The translations under genes were made by a program, and so were the position numbers. Under the pieces are notes generated by a model, which saw only the letters and a program-made list of their open reading frames with translations, was not told the origin of the DNA and did no database searches. Positions 39,501 through 53,188 of a stretch of DNA of 64,000 nt are shown here, piece by piece. The stretch lies in contig CM052816.1 in assembly GCA_028534125.1 (NCBI GenBank), positions 89,220,001 to 89,284,000 on the forward strand. Direction: 5' to 3'. The stretch's first letter is position 1. Every line of letters begins with the position of its first letter. The DNA comes from Lama glama. Its lineage: Eukaryota.

Positions 39501-40224
39501 GTTAATCATCATCATAAGAACCTTAACAGTCTCTCGGAGCATCTGATGTACGTCAGATACTGTATGAAACACTTAACACATATGATAGATGGCATTCAAA
39601 ATGATTTTGAGAACTGTTATTATTTTAATTTCCAGCCAAGTATCTTGTCCCAGATTTCATATGAAGTAGGTAGCAGAGTCTGTCCTCAAATACTTGCCTC
39701 TTAGGACCAAAGAACATGCTCCGAATTCCCTACTTTGGTGACTTCTTATGACACTGAAATTCCTTTTTTGGATAATCAGTGTAATTCTATTTCCTGTTCT
39801 GGTCTTACATCCAGGCAAAGGAAAGGGACAACTTTTTTTTTCAATCTGTGTTACTACAAACATGTGTGCCTGCACAAGTAAATTTAAAAAAAGAAAGAAA
39901 TATTTAACTAGCCTTTTTTGATTTACACTTTTGTGTCCTTATAAACTAACTCCACCAGCATGAGTGCCCTTCTGTTTATATTGTTGCACAATTGTTCACA
40001 TTTTTCCACTTTGGAAAAAAAATCCCACAATTACAATTGCTCAGTCAAAGCATGCACCCATTTAAAAGTCTGAGGCAGACTGTATGGTACTGTTACCTAA
40101 AAAGACCGTCCCTGCATTGCTTTTATAGAAGAGAATGAGCGTGACTACTTCCCCCACTTTTAACCATAGGTAATGTTGTGCTTATTTGCATTTAATTTAA
40201 AGTTATTAGCCAAATTAAATCCTA

Positions 40225-42164
40225 CCGAAATTATGGCCCATTTGCTTTGTAGCAGTAAACTCCAAATTTCAGTGGCTTCACACAGGTGATTTTATTTTCC
40301 ACTCATCTGAAGTCTTTGGAAGCAGCGAGGGCCTCTGTTCCCAGAGTCATTCAGGAATGATTTGGGTCTATCTTGTGGCTCAACCTCTCTCTAAGGCCTC
40401 GATGTTTTCTGTGATCATTCAGGAGATGAGTGGAGCAAATGAAGGACTAATCACAAGAGAGGATTGTATGGGCCATGCCTAGAAGTGAGTTAATCATTTC
40501 CACCTAGATTTCAATTGAGTCATAAGGCTGCCTTTAACTTTTAGGGAGACTGGGAAGTTAGTCTAGCTGTACAGAAAGCTGGAACATAAGTTTAGTAAAC
40601 AGTGAGCCAGTATCTACCACAATTTTTCCTTCTTGTCATCAAATATGATTCAATCTTCATCTTCCAAACAAGGTGGAAGACAATAGTCATCCCATCTCAA
40701 GGAGATGGTTGTCCCTTCTCACTGTAAAATGTCCAAACTCTCTGGGTGCTTTGTATTCTCCAAAAGATCAAGGTCCAAAAGACAGTGCACCCACTTTATA
40801 CACATACCCAAAGTCAAGAGCAGAACTTGGATAGGAGAACCACAGTAAAATTCTCTCCCAGAAAGAAGAAGAAGAAAAAAAAGGAGATGGGGGGAATGCA
40901 AACAGAAGTTCAGAAGTTCCCAGTCCGTATTAATTTTGAAAAACTCCTGGGGATGAGACTCAGAATCCACCAAATGAGAGGAACTCTCTGGTCATATTCT
41001 ATATCAGGCACCTGGCTTTACTTTATACGTGCTATTTCCTTCTATTTTTCCTTCCGATATATTTTAAGTAGTCACTGGTGAGCCCCTCTTATCACCTGAG
41101 GAATTCTTCTGGCAAACCTGCCACCTGTATGGGCCAGCCTCAGGGTGCAAAGGTTGATGTGAGTCTCGAGGTGCTAGAACTTTTTTCGCATGAGCTCAGT
41201 TTTTCTTTAAAATTAAGATTTCCTCAAAAACTGGCAGACTCCTGATTGATTTGTCCCTATTCATTTCCATATGTTAGTACCTAGACAGAATTTAAGCTCT
41301 CCTTTATTTCCTTACATCTCACCTCTGTGCCCCTTCTCTCTCCCAAATCAGTTCTGGCTACCTTGAGGTGATCTGGAACAAAAGAGCTGAGTGTGGAGGT
41401 GAGATTCTTCATCTGATTGTCTGTGCAAACCATGTCATTTCATTCAACTGACGTATCTTAACAAGCTTTCTTTCTTTCTTTCTCTTTTAGAATAAAAAAT
41501 ATTGCTAGACCTACATTTCAGTTGCTGGACTGTATTACAGTCAGCTTTTACAAACTTTTAAAGCTCTGAACTATCTATTCCCTTCGCTCTCTCTGTACTT
41601 GAATACTCACTGAGCTAATCTCGTTCTCAACACTGTTGTGAAGGCAGCCATAAACAGCCATCGTAGTCCAACGGATTTATCCCTTAGCTGTTGGCCTTCT
41701 AAGTTACAGCAGGTGATAATTTTACCAAACCTTTCTATTTTGTAACATGATAACAGAACCTGACTATAAGGTACTAATACTAATTTTGATATTAGTTGGA
41801 GAGGAATACTAACAGCTCTAACAGACAAACCCCACAAAGTTAGTAGCTTAACACAATAGAAGTTTATATCGAGCTCAAATAAAGGTTAGTTGGAACTAAG
41901 GGTAATTCTGTTCCATATGGTCGTTCAGAGACCAAGGTCCTTCCACCTTGGCTGCCTTACCCTACTCTGAGTATAGGATCATCTGGGAGTCTTTCACGGG
42001 CCAGGCCTAGGTGTAGTTCTTGCCACTTTCATCCATCTTCCTTCAGCAAGAATTTAGTGAACAGAACCACACCTGTAAGAAAGGGAAGGAAACATAAGAC
42101 AGCTGAATGTCCAGGAGGGAAGAGAGAAAATATTGGTAAACATGAGCCAGTTGTTGCTCTTACT
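40225..42164 (-). mobile_element. MaLR element with LTR-internal-LTR structure (MLT1J-like LTRs ~40225-40621 and ~41787-42164)
   Basis: Two same-orientation LTRs sharing motifs (ctgttcc..tc.ttcag; gggcca.gcctag; gtaaaca.tgagccag); internal segment bounded by 'ggtactaatactaatttt' (MaLR-int start, antisense) and a minus-strand purine tract abutting the left LTR. Confidence 0.75.
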
Positions 42165-42856
42165 GTTAGGAAAAAATAAACACTTTAAGGAGTAAATTTA
42201 AGTTAATTTTAGCTGCCTTGTTAAATTTGGGATATAATCTGAATATAAAGAAAGATAAGGGTATAATGATTCTTTTTTAAAAAATTCATTTCACCAAGGA
42301 ATAAAATGAATAGTTAATAGGAAAATGATCTTCATGAATATTTTTTTCAATGAAACTGATTAAACTATCATTTGACTGTAAAATTTTAAAAATGCAAGGA
42401 GTTGAAATAGACTTACGTATAGTTCACCAATATAACATAAAAGTTAAACATGTTCTTCCTCCTAGATTTAACAATTTAATAAATCCAACTCTATTTTGGT
42501 TACTTGCATTTGAAAAGAGACAGAATTATGATTATATATACATACATCCTTCATGGAAGGAAAAGCACAATGTATTTTCAAGAACAAAACTGGGATTTCC
42601 CCAGTTACACTAGAAAAAGGCAAAACTGACAGATAAAATAAGGTACTCCCCTTTCAGTAGCTGGAACTCTGGTTAATTGAGGCCCCATCAAACCCTATTA
42701 GACAACTATTATTATGTCACAATGTTAAACTCTTAATTTATTCAACAGTTATGCAATAAGCATCTCCCATGTGAGAAACGGTGTGATTTCATGGAATTTA
42801 ATAATAAATGACACATATCTACCCTTAAGAGGTTTATGGTTGGGTGCAATGGTTAC

Positions 42857-42994
42857 CAGATGGTATTTCTATGATGGGCAGAATCAGGATCACCTGTGAA
42901 CTCATCAGACAAGCAGTCTCAGGCTCAACCAGCATTTTGTTTTTAACAAGCCTTCAGGGTGATTCTGATGGACGCTAAAGGTTGAGTATCACTG
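42857..42994. mobile_element. MER5A-type hAT MITE
   Basis: 'atcaggatcacctg...ttttaacaagccttcagggtgattctgatggacgctaaaggttgagtatcactg'. Confidence 0.8.
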
Positions 42995-43562
42995 GTCTAA
43001 TGAGATCCTCTAGGGACAATTATGATGTGTCAGAGAATACACTTGCCTTCCCACTCTGTCTTGTCCTGAACATCTTTCTAGATTACAACAGTGAACAGTC
43101 AAACATGGAAGAACTGAGCTTTAGCACTTTTTATTTACCTGTATCACGTCCTATACACGTTATTAAAACAAATATTTCTATAAATAAGTTACAGCAGAGA
43201 AGATCTTGTTGGTGTTTGGTAAGTGATACATAAAATTAAAAATATATATATAATAAAATTCAATTCACCAGGCATGCTTTTACTTCTCTTTATATCAAAT
43301 CTGCCTTTTTCCCCCAGAAAGTCTGTGATATGTATAATTAATAGGGAACAAATCAAAAGTAGAGATCAAGACAATAAAAGGAAGAGAACTATGTTATCCA
43401 TGACAGTTAATATATGTTATCTGATTGAGAATTGGATTTCGTTCTTATCTTTATTTGAGCTAAGATTAAAAGGAAAGCTTGATTAATTACATCGTAGAAG
43501 CATATAAAGTGCTTTGTTGTATTTTCATAAAGATGTTGTGGAAGATATTATTAAAGACATTA

Positions 43563-43913
43563 AGAGATTCTCAAACTCAGTAGCCTAAAGGCAGCAGGCA
43601 GGTAACTTAAATAATCAGGACTGGATGGGATGAAATATGGAGTGGAGAAGGCTGGTAACCTGGAGATCACGGGCCACTCTAAAGTGAGCGTGTGCCTCTC
43701 AGCTCACAGAGATTGTTGCCAAACTGAATTGACACCAAATTTCAGTAGATCTCCAGATTTTTCCAAAGAAGTTAGAAATTTGGAGTTTTAAGTAAAATCT
43801 CTAAATGCTTGAATATTTTTAATTAAGTTATATTTCAACATCACTGTGTTGGACAAATGACGTGCTTTTGAGTGAGATTATGCCCTCGACCACCTATTAG
43901 TTTACAAATTCTG
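43563..43913. mobile_element. MER102-type hAT MITE
   Basis: 'caaactcagtagcctaaaggcagcaggcaggtaac', 'gattgttgcca', 'agatctccagatttttccaaagaag...aaatct'. Confidence 0.8.
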
Positions 43914-45137
43914 CATTGCATCCTACTCTTTATGCAAGTTCAGAGAAAATCACTTCTGAGTTTTGTATCAGGAGAATAATTTGTTTATATTCTGACAGTA
44001 TGCAATATAAAAAGTGGTAATGCATCATTTTTAACTTGGGTGTCCAAAGGCTTCAAGTCTATCTTCAAATTTTGGTCAACTACCAGGAAATTTAGGCCAT
44101 TTAGGGTTGCATTTTATGAAAGCTTTTATTTTCAGCTCATTTATTTTCAACTCCTTTCATTGATTATTCCATTTTAATTCTGTTGTATCGTAATTTATGT
44201 TATGTTAACTCATATATCCCTCTGGGCTCTCAAATTATGCAGTATATGTTCAATCACATTTATATACAAGCCCTAGTTACAGTTTCCATCCATATGTTGA
44301 ACAGGAAGGTCAGATTCTGGAAGACTTGCACCCATAAAATAGTTCTGAGATTTCTTAATGAGCCCATCAGCAGGTCTGCATCGCATCGTCAGCCCGTATT
44401 CCACAATGGCAGATGCCAGAGAGCTGCATCTGTACGACCCTATTACCTAGAACACAAGCATCTTACTGCTGGAGGTGAAGTAATGTTGCAGCATAATACA
44501 GTCGTGCCCAGGTAACTTGTGTCCCTGAGAAATTCCGTGGAAATTCCATTCCCGAAGGAATCTGTCTTCCAGTGGCATTGCCTGCAAACTATAGTGCCTT
44601 AATTCACTTTACTGCTGCCAGCACTGATGAACTATCCCTTATACAGGCACAGTGTAGACTTTTAATGAGGTACATAATAGATCAGGACAGTATAATAGGT
44701 CAGTATTTTAAGATAAGGAGATTTTCCTTCATTCTGACCCACACCCAAGATAACTGCCTGAATTCCCAGGTTGAAGTCCTTTGTATCTATATACATCAGC
44801 TTTTCACCCAAATTCTCATAGGGTACCATGTGCCTGGATTGATCATCAAAATCAGCTGTGACCCATAACCAGAATGACCACATCTCCCCAGAAACACAAA
44901 AATTAGTTCTCACCTGAAGTCCCCAAGGCAGGTGCCCCCCTCATCTTTTATATGTGTTTTCCTTTTCTGAAAACTGTATCCTTTTATGAAATTTTCCTAC
45001 TTTCACATGCATCCAACTCTTTCAGATATGTTCTTATGTCTTTGGAAGCCAACAGGTCAGTGGCAGAGGGAAGCTGTAGTACAGAAATTGGGATTATCTC
45101 CAGGGTTATTCTGGGCCTGTGCACTTGTGGGATGGAA

Positions 45138-45675
45138 CACATGTTAGTTTGCAGTTTCTGTATAACTAATTTCCACGCTTTTAGGCACTTGAAACCAAAC
45201 CCATGTATTATCTCTTAGCTTTTGTGCATTAGAGGTCAGGCACCACTTAACTGGGTCTCTACTCTGGGTCTCACAACACGGCAGTCAAGTTGCCAGCCTT
45301 GACCGCATTCTCAGTGGAAACCTTGACTGGGGAAGGGTCTTCTTTCAGGCTTATTCAGGTTATTGGCAGAATTCATTTTCTTCTGGCTGCAGAACTCATG
45401 ATGGCTTGTTTCTTTAAAGCCAGTGGGAGAGTTTTCTTACCTCACAGAGGGAACCCTGTCCCTCCTTTGACTTGATTATCCAGCAGGATAATCTCCTTTC
45501 TAATTGAGTCAAGCCAACTGATTGTAATCTCAATTAAATTTGAAAAATGCTTTAATTTTTACCACATAAATGAACATTTGCCATCATTTTTTTGACTAGA
45601 AGCAAGTCTCAGATTGTGCCTGTATTCAAAGAGTAAAGGTGATACAAGTGCATGACCCGGGGGTCACCTTCCACA
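45138..45675 (-). mobile_element. MaLR solo LTR (MLT1E/F-like)
   Basis: 'ttaactgggtctctactctgggtctcacaa', 'cttattcaggttattggcagaattcattttctt', 'caggataatctccttt', ends 'ccaca'. Confidence 0.85.
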
Positions 45676-46404
45676 GGGAGCTTCTGAGCTCTGCCTCAAT
45701 GATTTTAATTCAGGTGAAGACTGACTTCATCTACCAGTGGAATGTCAGTAGTCGGCTCTTATCCAGCTGGGCATAGTGCTTTATTCATATTTGAATAAGA
45801 CATTTAAACACAGTATGGTATAGGGTTGGAATTAATAAGTAGTGAATTACTCAAATATACCCTATGAAAATATGTATGAAACAGTTTTTATTAACTAAAA
45901 GGACTTTGATGACCAGTTTCTAATGGGAGGCCAGATTTCTGTAACACATGACCTACCTCCTTTTACTTTTATGAAAACACAATATAGTAGCTTCTCATAT
46001 TGTAAATGTAAAAAGGTTACAAACATTTTCATGTTTAGGAATATATTCTGTCCTAGAAACAAGTTTGGAATCCAGGTTCCTCTTCTCTGGAGTCTGCATT
46101 CAACTCTTCTCCTCTGTTTCCTTTCCTTGTGTCATACTGTCTTTGTAGTGAAGAAACTGAAGAGGTTATGAGTAGAGATTTATAGACATAAAAAATGGTG
46201 TGATGACTTTATGAACAGATAAAAAATAAACTTTAGAGTATTATGCGAATTGAACTACAGAATTGTTCAGCTAAATAGGCACGGGGTCAGATCTTGGTGT
46301 GTTATTTTAATATTTACTGAATGCTGCTTTATGCCAGGTAGTCATTTAGGTTCTGAAGGCAAACATAATACTGTTCTCACTAATGTTGAATTTATTTAAA
46401 AAAA

Positions 46405-46640
46405 AACAATTTAGAAACTTGGATTTTGACTTCTGGAGCCATGTGATTCTGGGACAGAATGACAATTCTTGCACTCACAAATTATAGAGCTTTGATAAAT
46501 TGTTTAATCTGGCCAAGTCTGCGGCTGATTTATTAGTACTCATTTCACAAGACTGTTATAAAGATGAGAAGGAATAATTCATGCCAATTGTTTCGTGTCC
46601 TGCATACAATATAATGACCCATATATGTCAACTGAAAAAA
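46405..46640 (+). mobile_element. MIR SINE (degenerate)
   Basis: 'ttggattttgacttctggagcca', 'gctttgataaattgtttaatct', 'ctcatttcacaagactgttataaagatgag'. Confidence 0.55.
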
Positions 46641-49600
46641 AATGATAATGAGGAGGAAGATAATTATAATAATGGTAATAATGAACCCAAAATATGAAAT
46701 TTAGTGCTATGTGAAAGAGCTTTCCTCACAAAGGAAAGCTGACTAAGGTATATAATGTTGAGAACAAACTCCTGATGCACGTGAGTAAATCTGGCCCATG
46801 GATGTATATTTTGGGGCTGATATTATTTCCACACTTATGTAATGTCAAATGGGCTAAACCCTCAGACTATGCAACATCTAGCTTTCCACAGTCCGTATTC
46901 ATATTGCTTACTTGTTTCGCTGTACTTACCTGGATGTTGGAGACTTTTGAGTCATTAACCTTGAAGTGGAAATGATTAATGGTTTTTACTAGTGCCAGAC
47001 TGCTACACACAATGACAACATAAACTTGCCCAGGGGGGATATTGCTCTAATTGAAGAAATGTTACTCTGTACAAACATTTGAGAATTCTCAGAATCTTAT
47101 AACACTGAATACCCCAAAGCTGAGCTAATGAAATATCATATAATACAATAAAATTTGATTCTGGCTAAAAATCTTATACTACGCAAAGGAAATGGTAAAG
47201 GCACTCATGAAAAATATATTAGGGATGAAAACAAAATCAACCTCTGATTTTCTAAATTTCCAAATATCTAGAAAAAAATTCTTTTCTCTTCCAATTATAT
47301 CAGAAGAGTGCAAAATAGACCAAGTCTGAAGCAACATAGTGTATCTCCCATCTACAACTAATAACGTTTATTTGGACAGTGAAAATCCACTGGCTTTTTT
47401 TTTTTTTTTTGACAAGAACTACACGATCTCTAAAGGACTAAAATAATGTTGACATTCCTTACAGAGTTATGAAACCAACTGAGTTAGGGCATGGTGTGTA
47501 CTGGTTATCAAAAAGAGCTATGAATTAACTCATTCCTCATACTTAAGATTTCACATGCTTGTACAGATGAGACATATTTTGCGGTGTGCTACTAGTATTA
47601 ATATTTCCTTTGATTTATCAAAGGTTACATAAACCTATAAACTGTTATTCAGAATACTGGAGTTTAATGTTAAAACCTTCTGTGTACTGCTTAAAATCTG
47701 AAGGACTTTCCCACGTGAAAAGATTTAAAGTAAATAACATTAACGATTGTTATATCCTGAAATTGCAATATTGAAACGTTACTCGTTTTAGCAAGTCTTG
47801 CAGGAACCACGTTAACTGGTATGAAAAATGGCCAGTGATTTGCTCTTTAAAGGTTGAGGAGGTGGTTTAACAGTTAACTAGACATGTGAATTTAAAGGGA
47901 ACTTCCCATCAGCAACTCCAAACACCTTAGTTTGGATAATGTAAATATAGTTTTGCCTAATAACAGATTAAATGAAATTACTGTCACATACTTATATGTA
48001 AATTACTTTTGTAGTTTATGAAATGGATTATTATGAAATGGACAGAAAATCATAAACTGCAACTGAAAGCTTTATTGTGGCAATTCTGGATAGAGGTAGT
48101 ATCATTCAATATATATGTTACAAAGGAAAATTCTTAGTTTTTTGGTAGAGAGAATAAAAGAAGATTCATTGTACTTACAATCAAAATATACCTATAATAT
48201 TCATTTGGGTGAATCAGCAGCAGGTGAAATTGTAAGGTGCTCATAATTAGCCTTCAATCCTCCAGGGTATGTAGAATGAGATTAACACTAAGCATTCTGG
48301 GATATGGTCTACCATAGCTATACTGGGTAAAGTATTAATTATTCCAACAACTCAGATTATTTTTTGAAAGCTGGCATGATGCTTAATGTGTTTGCTCCTT
48401 AAAAATAGGGCAACACTACTAAGTTTTAAAGCCTGTGCTTAGTTAATAAATTAATTTCCTGTTTATTTTCAAAAAGTACTTAAGAATACATATCAATGGG
48501 TGAGTGGCATAGTACAATAAATTAAAAAATCATTTAAAAATATTTGTTTTATTTTCTCCATACACTGCCTTCACAATTGATCTGTTACTTCTAACTTTCT
48601 TGTTCCTTAATGATGTTTCAGTTATAGTTCAGAATTTTTTTTTAAATTTATACTTACAGTTATAAAATCTTTAAGTCCAGTAGAAAACATTAAACTCAAA
48701 ATCAAATTTATCTAACTCTACCTTTACCCGAGTCTTGTTCCTCTTATTTCCTCTCTTTCCCCTCCCAGACTCTCCATGCCCCCAGTGCCCACAGGAGAAG
48801 GACCCCCCAGTCTTTAACAGGAAGGTCCTTTATCCCCTTTTCTAGACTCTGGCCTCCAGGGCTGGGTACAGTGGAGAAATTGCCATGGAGATAAGGTTCA
48901 TTCTATGGAGACAGGCATGTATTTGTGTTGGAGGATATTCTTAACTTTGTTTTGGTTCAGTCTGTTTCCATCAAAGGACTCTAAGCATATGGAGGTCTTG
49001 ATTCATGTGATACGCATGGTTTTTATGAGGTGATGGGTTTCTGCCTGACATCACTCTAAGATTTATTTTTAAATCAATGTACTATTGGTAAGTGATATAA
49101 CCCCAGAATAAAATGCAGTAAAATCAGTTTGACGTGTATGTGTGTGACCTAATATGCATGTCTGAGGGCTTGATTATGACAGATTTTTATAATGTATCCC
49201 TGACGGGTGATTCTCTGCTTTCTAAAATACTGTCATCTCCTGGCTTCCCTAGTTCTCTCCACTTGGGTCAGTGTCCAATTGTAAATAAAGTCCAAGAGCT
49301 GTACCTACACAGATATAGGAGATGGTGGTAAGTTTAGGGAAAGGGATAAAGGAGAATTTGTGGAAAATCATGCATCAATAATCTTTGTTCCAGTAATACA
49401 TACTTGAAATGTAATAATTTATCTATAAAGTAATTAAAATAACATAGTTCAGCTCTAAATATATATTTAGATAAACTGATTATTTGCAGTCAGTAAATAT
49501 GTGCTAGCTATGTCATTTATATAATGTCATATTTATTGTCTGGTATGTAAGAGCCTTTCTAATCACATCACATTGCTAGAGCAATCTGTTATTCATAAAA

Positions 49601-50129
49601 TCTGAAAGTGAGCCACTGAGGACTAGCCTGCATTCCGAGCCTTTGATTTACACAAAATCTCTGAGGTTCACAGCAAGTGCCACATGTTTCATAAAGCTTC
49701 CAGAAGATGTAAAAGGATGGATAGCTAAATGGAAATTTATACAGATAGTGAATCTTTTTTTCTTCCCTTATTGTATGTTTCTTTACTTTCCAATTACTAT
49801 CTTATACCTGAATATTTAACGCCGTTCAGTTCAACAAAACTTTGTGCTCGGTATATTCCCGGCAGGGTCAGATTATGAAAGGGAAGTTATTCAGTTCCTT
49901 CTAACTGGCCCCACATTTTATTACTAAAAATGCAATAAAACCAAACTGTCAACTGAATGACATGAAGTAAAATAAGAATCTGGTTTTTCTATGATATCAA
50001 TTTCAGCACACTTTCAGAATTATTCAGTATCAAATTATATCAAAGAAATGTTTTCTTGACGGGATGGACAGGTGTTGGCTAAGAGTGTGCTTTTTACCTG
50101 CTAAGTACTTTCTGGGATTGCCTAGTGTG

Positions 50130-50260
50130 TAGAAACAACCTGTAATTTATTGCCCAAATCTAGACACTTTTAAGTGTGGAAGAGGTAGATAATAATAATC
50201 ATACTGGGATGACAGGGATAAAATGAGACTTTCCAGGGCAAACAGGGCTGTGGCTACCTA
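50130..50260. mobile_element. MER81-type hAT-Blackjack MITE
   Basis: 'taatttattgcccaaatctagacacttttaagtgtgga...aataataatcatactgggatgacagg...gactttccagggcaaacaggg'. Confidence 0.75.
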
Positions 50261-50865
50261 TTTGGAAGTCCTGCACCAAAAAGAATAGATTCTTCCCTGC
50301 GCCCTTCCCCTGGCACCTAAAATTCTGCCCTGATTACGTGATGCCGGGTAGGTTCTCCACAATTTTTGCTTCAGGACCCCTTCTGTGACCCTTCCCCTCT
50401 GGTGCCCTCAAGCACAAGGCTGCCTTTCTTCTGCAGCCAGACTGAATTGAGCAGTCACTAAGTGCCTGCTGGCTTTTCCTAGACGCTGGGTTTTGTGAGG
50501 ACACATTTCCTTCTTGACAGGATAATAATTTGATTATACTGATTATGTGTTCTTCTTGCACAATCCCCATTCCAGGCTGATTGCTCTCGGAGTTTTATTA
50601 TAGAAACGCCTCCAGGCATCATTTGTTTTGTAGAGAGGAAATGCTTTATGCCTTTTAAGAGACTTGGTTCTTGTTTTCAAGTGCAATACTGGTGAACTCT
50701 AATCCACAAGTTTATGCCTTAAACAGTGAAAAGGATTTTGTTTTTGGTTTTGTTGTCCCTGCAAGCCCAGATTTGCACAGATGCCTCTGGCTGTGGAGGA
50801 GAGATAAAGTTAGAAACTGGTGGAAACTCTGAAAAATTGTCATGATCCTCGTTAGCACTGAACGT

Positions 50866-50979
50866 GGTCTCAGAAATATAGCTGAAAGATGTAGGCACGC
50901 TTGGTGATTCAAAGGAAGAGATTCAAAGGTAAAGGTCTCAGAAATACAGTAGAGAGAGGTAGACACGCTTGGTGATTCA
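50866..50979. repeat. 46-bp direct duplication (40/46 identical, 68-bp period)
   Basis: ggtctcagaaatatagctgaaagatgtaggcacgcttggtgattca (50866-50911) vs ggtctcagaaatacagtagagagaggtagacacgcttggtgattca (50934-50979). Confidence 0.9.
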
Positions 50980-51773
50980 CACTAGGTAACTGATCTCCTC
51001 GTTGGATTCTGGGGAAGTAATTTATGTCAAGTAAGTACCAGCATGCCCTAGAAACAGCAGAGTATTAATCGCAGCGTTGTCTAAACAGCAGAGCGGGTGA
51101 GTCAAGCCTGCTCTCCCCAGCCTCCCGCAGCCCTTGAGAGACGTTAGAGATGAATTAAATTCCCCATGTCTTTGAAAGGAGTAAAGTGGCAGCCCAGAGA
51201 CAAAGATGAGCATTGGGACCACTGGGGATATGGGGAGTCCTGTAGGCAGAGAGATCCAGAGACTCACTCGGGAATGTGGGATTGTCCTTCCGAACAAGCT
51301 GGGATGATTGTCTCTACCTGGGGAAGTGGATGACTCCTTGGGTATCTGACACCAGGTACTCTTCTGTCATTCCCACCTGTCACCTTGAGAAGGGTGAAAT
51401 CCGGAACCCAGAAAAGACTATATTAGTTCGCATAGACAGAATTTACCAGAATTTGACTAAAGTCAATATCAAAATCGAGATTTGGGCTTGTTTTTTTTTT
51501 TAAGTAACAAAAGCTACATTTTGTACATCTGGCGGTAGATGATACATAAAGCAGCTTTTTAAATTGAGAGAGAGGCTGAAGAACTCACAGACACTAAGTA
51601 GCTCTAATTTGCCAGGTCCGGTATTTGGTATTTTACATATATTATCTCATTTATCCTTCAAAATAACTCATATACTTAGAGTCTTATTCACAGTTCTTAC
51701 AAAAAGTATGTCTTCTTTCAAGGGCTTGTGAGCAGATGGCTTATTTTGTGATGCCATCCTAGGGAACACGAGC

Positions 51774-52273
51774 NNNNNNNNNNNNNNNNNNNNNNNNNNN
51801 NNNNNNNNNNNNNNNNNNNNNNNNNNNNNNNNNNNNNNNNNNNNNNNNNNNNNNNNNNNNNNNNNNNNNNNNNNNNNNNNNNNNNNNNNNNNNNNNNNNN
51901 NNNNNNNNNNNNNNNNNNNNNNNNNNNNNNNNNNNNNNNNNNNNNNNNNNNNNNNNNNNNNNNNNNNNNNNNNNNNNNNNNNNNNNNNNNNNNNNNNNNN
52001 NNNNNNNNNNNNNNNNNNNNNNNNNNNNNNNNNNNNNNNNNNNNNNNNNNNNNNNNNNNNNNNNNNNNNNNNNNNNNNNNNNNNNNNNNNNNNNNNNNNN
52101 NNNNNNNNNNNNNNNNNNNNNNNNNNNNNNNNNNNNNNNNNNNNNNNNNNNNNNNNNNNNNNNNNNNNNNNNNNNNNNNNNNNNNNNNNNNNNNNNNNNN
52201 NNNNNNNNNNNNNNNNNNNNNNNNNNNNNNNNNNNNNNNNNNNNNNNNNNNNNNNNNNNNNNNNNNNNNNNNN
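51774..52273. other. Assembly gap, exactly 500 N
   Basis: Counted from the sequence. Confidence 0.99.
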
Positions 52274-52319
52274 TAGTACTTTGATTTCTATTTGTCATCT
52301 TGCTCTACCAGATGAACAA

Positions 52320-52520
52320 ATGTCTGTGTTTCTGTGTACTTCTATGTCCCAAACATTATGCCATTATTTTTTTTAATGTTCACAACATCTAGTTTATGTC
52401 AGCTCTATATTATCATTTTACACTGAAAAAAAATAGAAGTTAATTTGCTAGCCTAAATCCACATCGGTCACAAGGGGCAGATTGGTATTACAAACAATTA
52501 TCTTAAAATTCATAGCATAA
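52320..52520 (-). mobile_element. MIR SINE (degenerate)
   Basis: 'cttctatgtcccaaacattatgc...ttcacaacatc...atcattttacactgaaaaaaa...cctaaatccacat'. Confidence 0.55.
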
Positions 52521-52627
52521 ATTTTAAATTTTACTTATGCTTCCAGTGGCACAATTAATTACCTCAACTTTCTAAATCAGGGCTAATTATTTTGCTACTT
52601 TTAGAAGAAAAAAAAATAACTGGTAGT

Positions 52628-52966
52628 TGTATTAGTTTTCTAGGGTTGTGGTAAAAAAATACCACGGACTGGGTAGCTTAAACAAGAGAAATTTATTTTC
52701 TCACATTTTTGAAGGCTGGCAGTCCAAGTCAAGGTTCTGGTAGGAGCAGATGGTCACCCTGTCACTGCCTCTTCACAGGGAAAAGCAAATTTCCTCTTCT
52801 TAAAAGGACACCATTCATATTGAATTAGGGCCCACCTTAACAAACTCTCTTTAACTTAATTATTTCTTTAAAGACCGTATCTCCAAATAAAGTTGCATTC
52901 CGAGGTACTGGAGGTTAGGATTTGAGCATATAAATTTGGGGTAGGGATAAAATTCAGCCTATAACC
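52628..52966 (-). mobile_element. MaLR solo LTR, MLT1B-like
   Basis: 'tgtattagttttctagggttgtggtaaaaaaataccacggactgggtagcttaaacaa', 'attagggcccacctt', 'gcattccgaggtactggaggttagga...aattcagcctataac'. Confidence 0.9.
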
Positions 52967-53188
52967 TCAGTCCTTTAATAGCCTTTGCATCTATCACTCC
53001 AACTTTGAATCCAATATAATTCACAGTTACCTAATATTGGGAAGATGTACCACCTACCATCATTAGAAATGACTGCATATTTACATGTGTGTCCAGCGTT
53101 GTTGTATTTTCTCATAGGAAGGTCGCTCATGATATTTCAACATCATAGGTAGAATGCAGTATCATTTCAGATGCATACTATTTGGGGG

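Noticed and set aside
50866..50979. Repeat-spacer-repeat as a CRISPR-like array
   Set aside because: Only two imperfect units in mammalian DNA with no cas genes; it is a local duplication.
51759..52298. 179-aa ORF
   Set aside because: Artefact of translating through the N gap.
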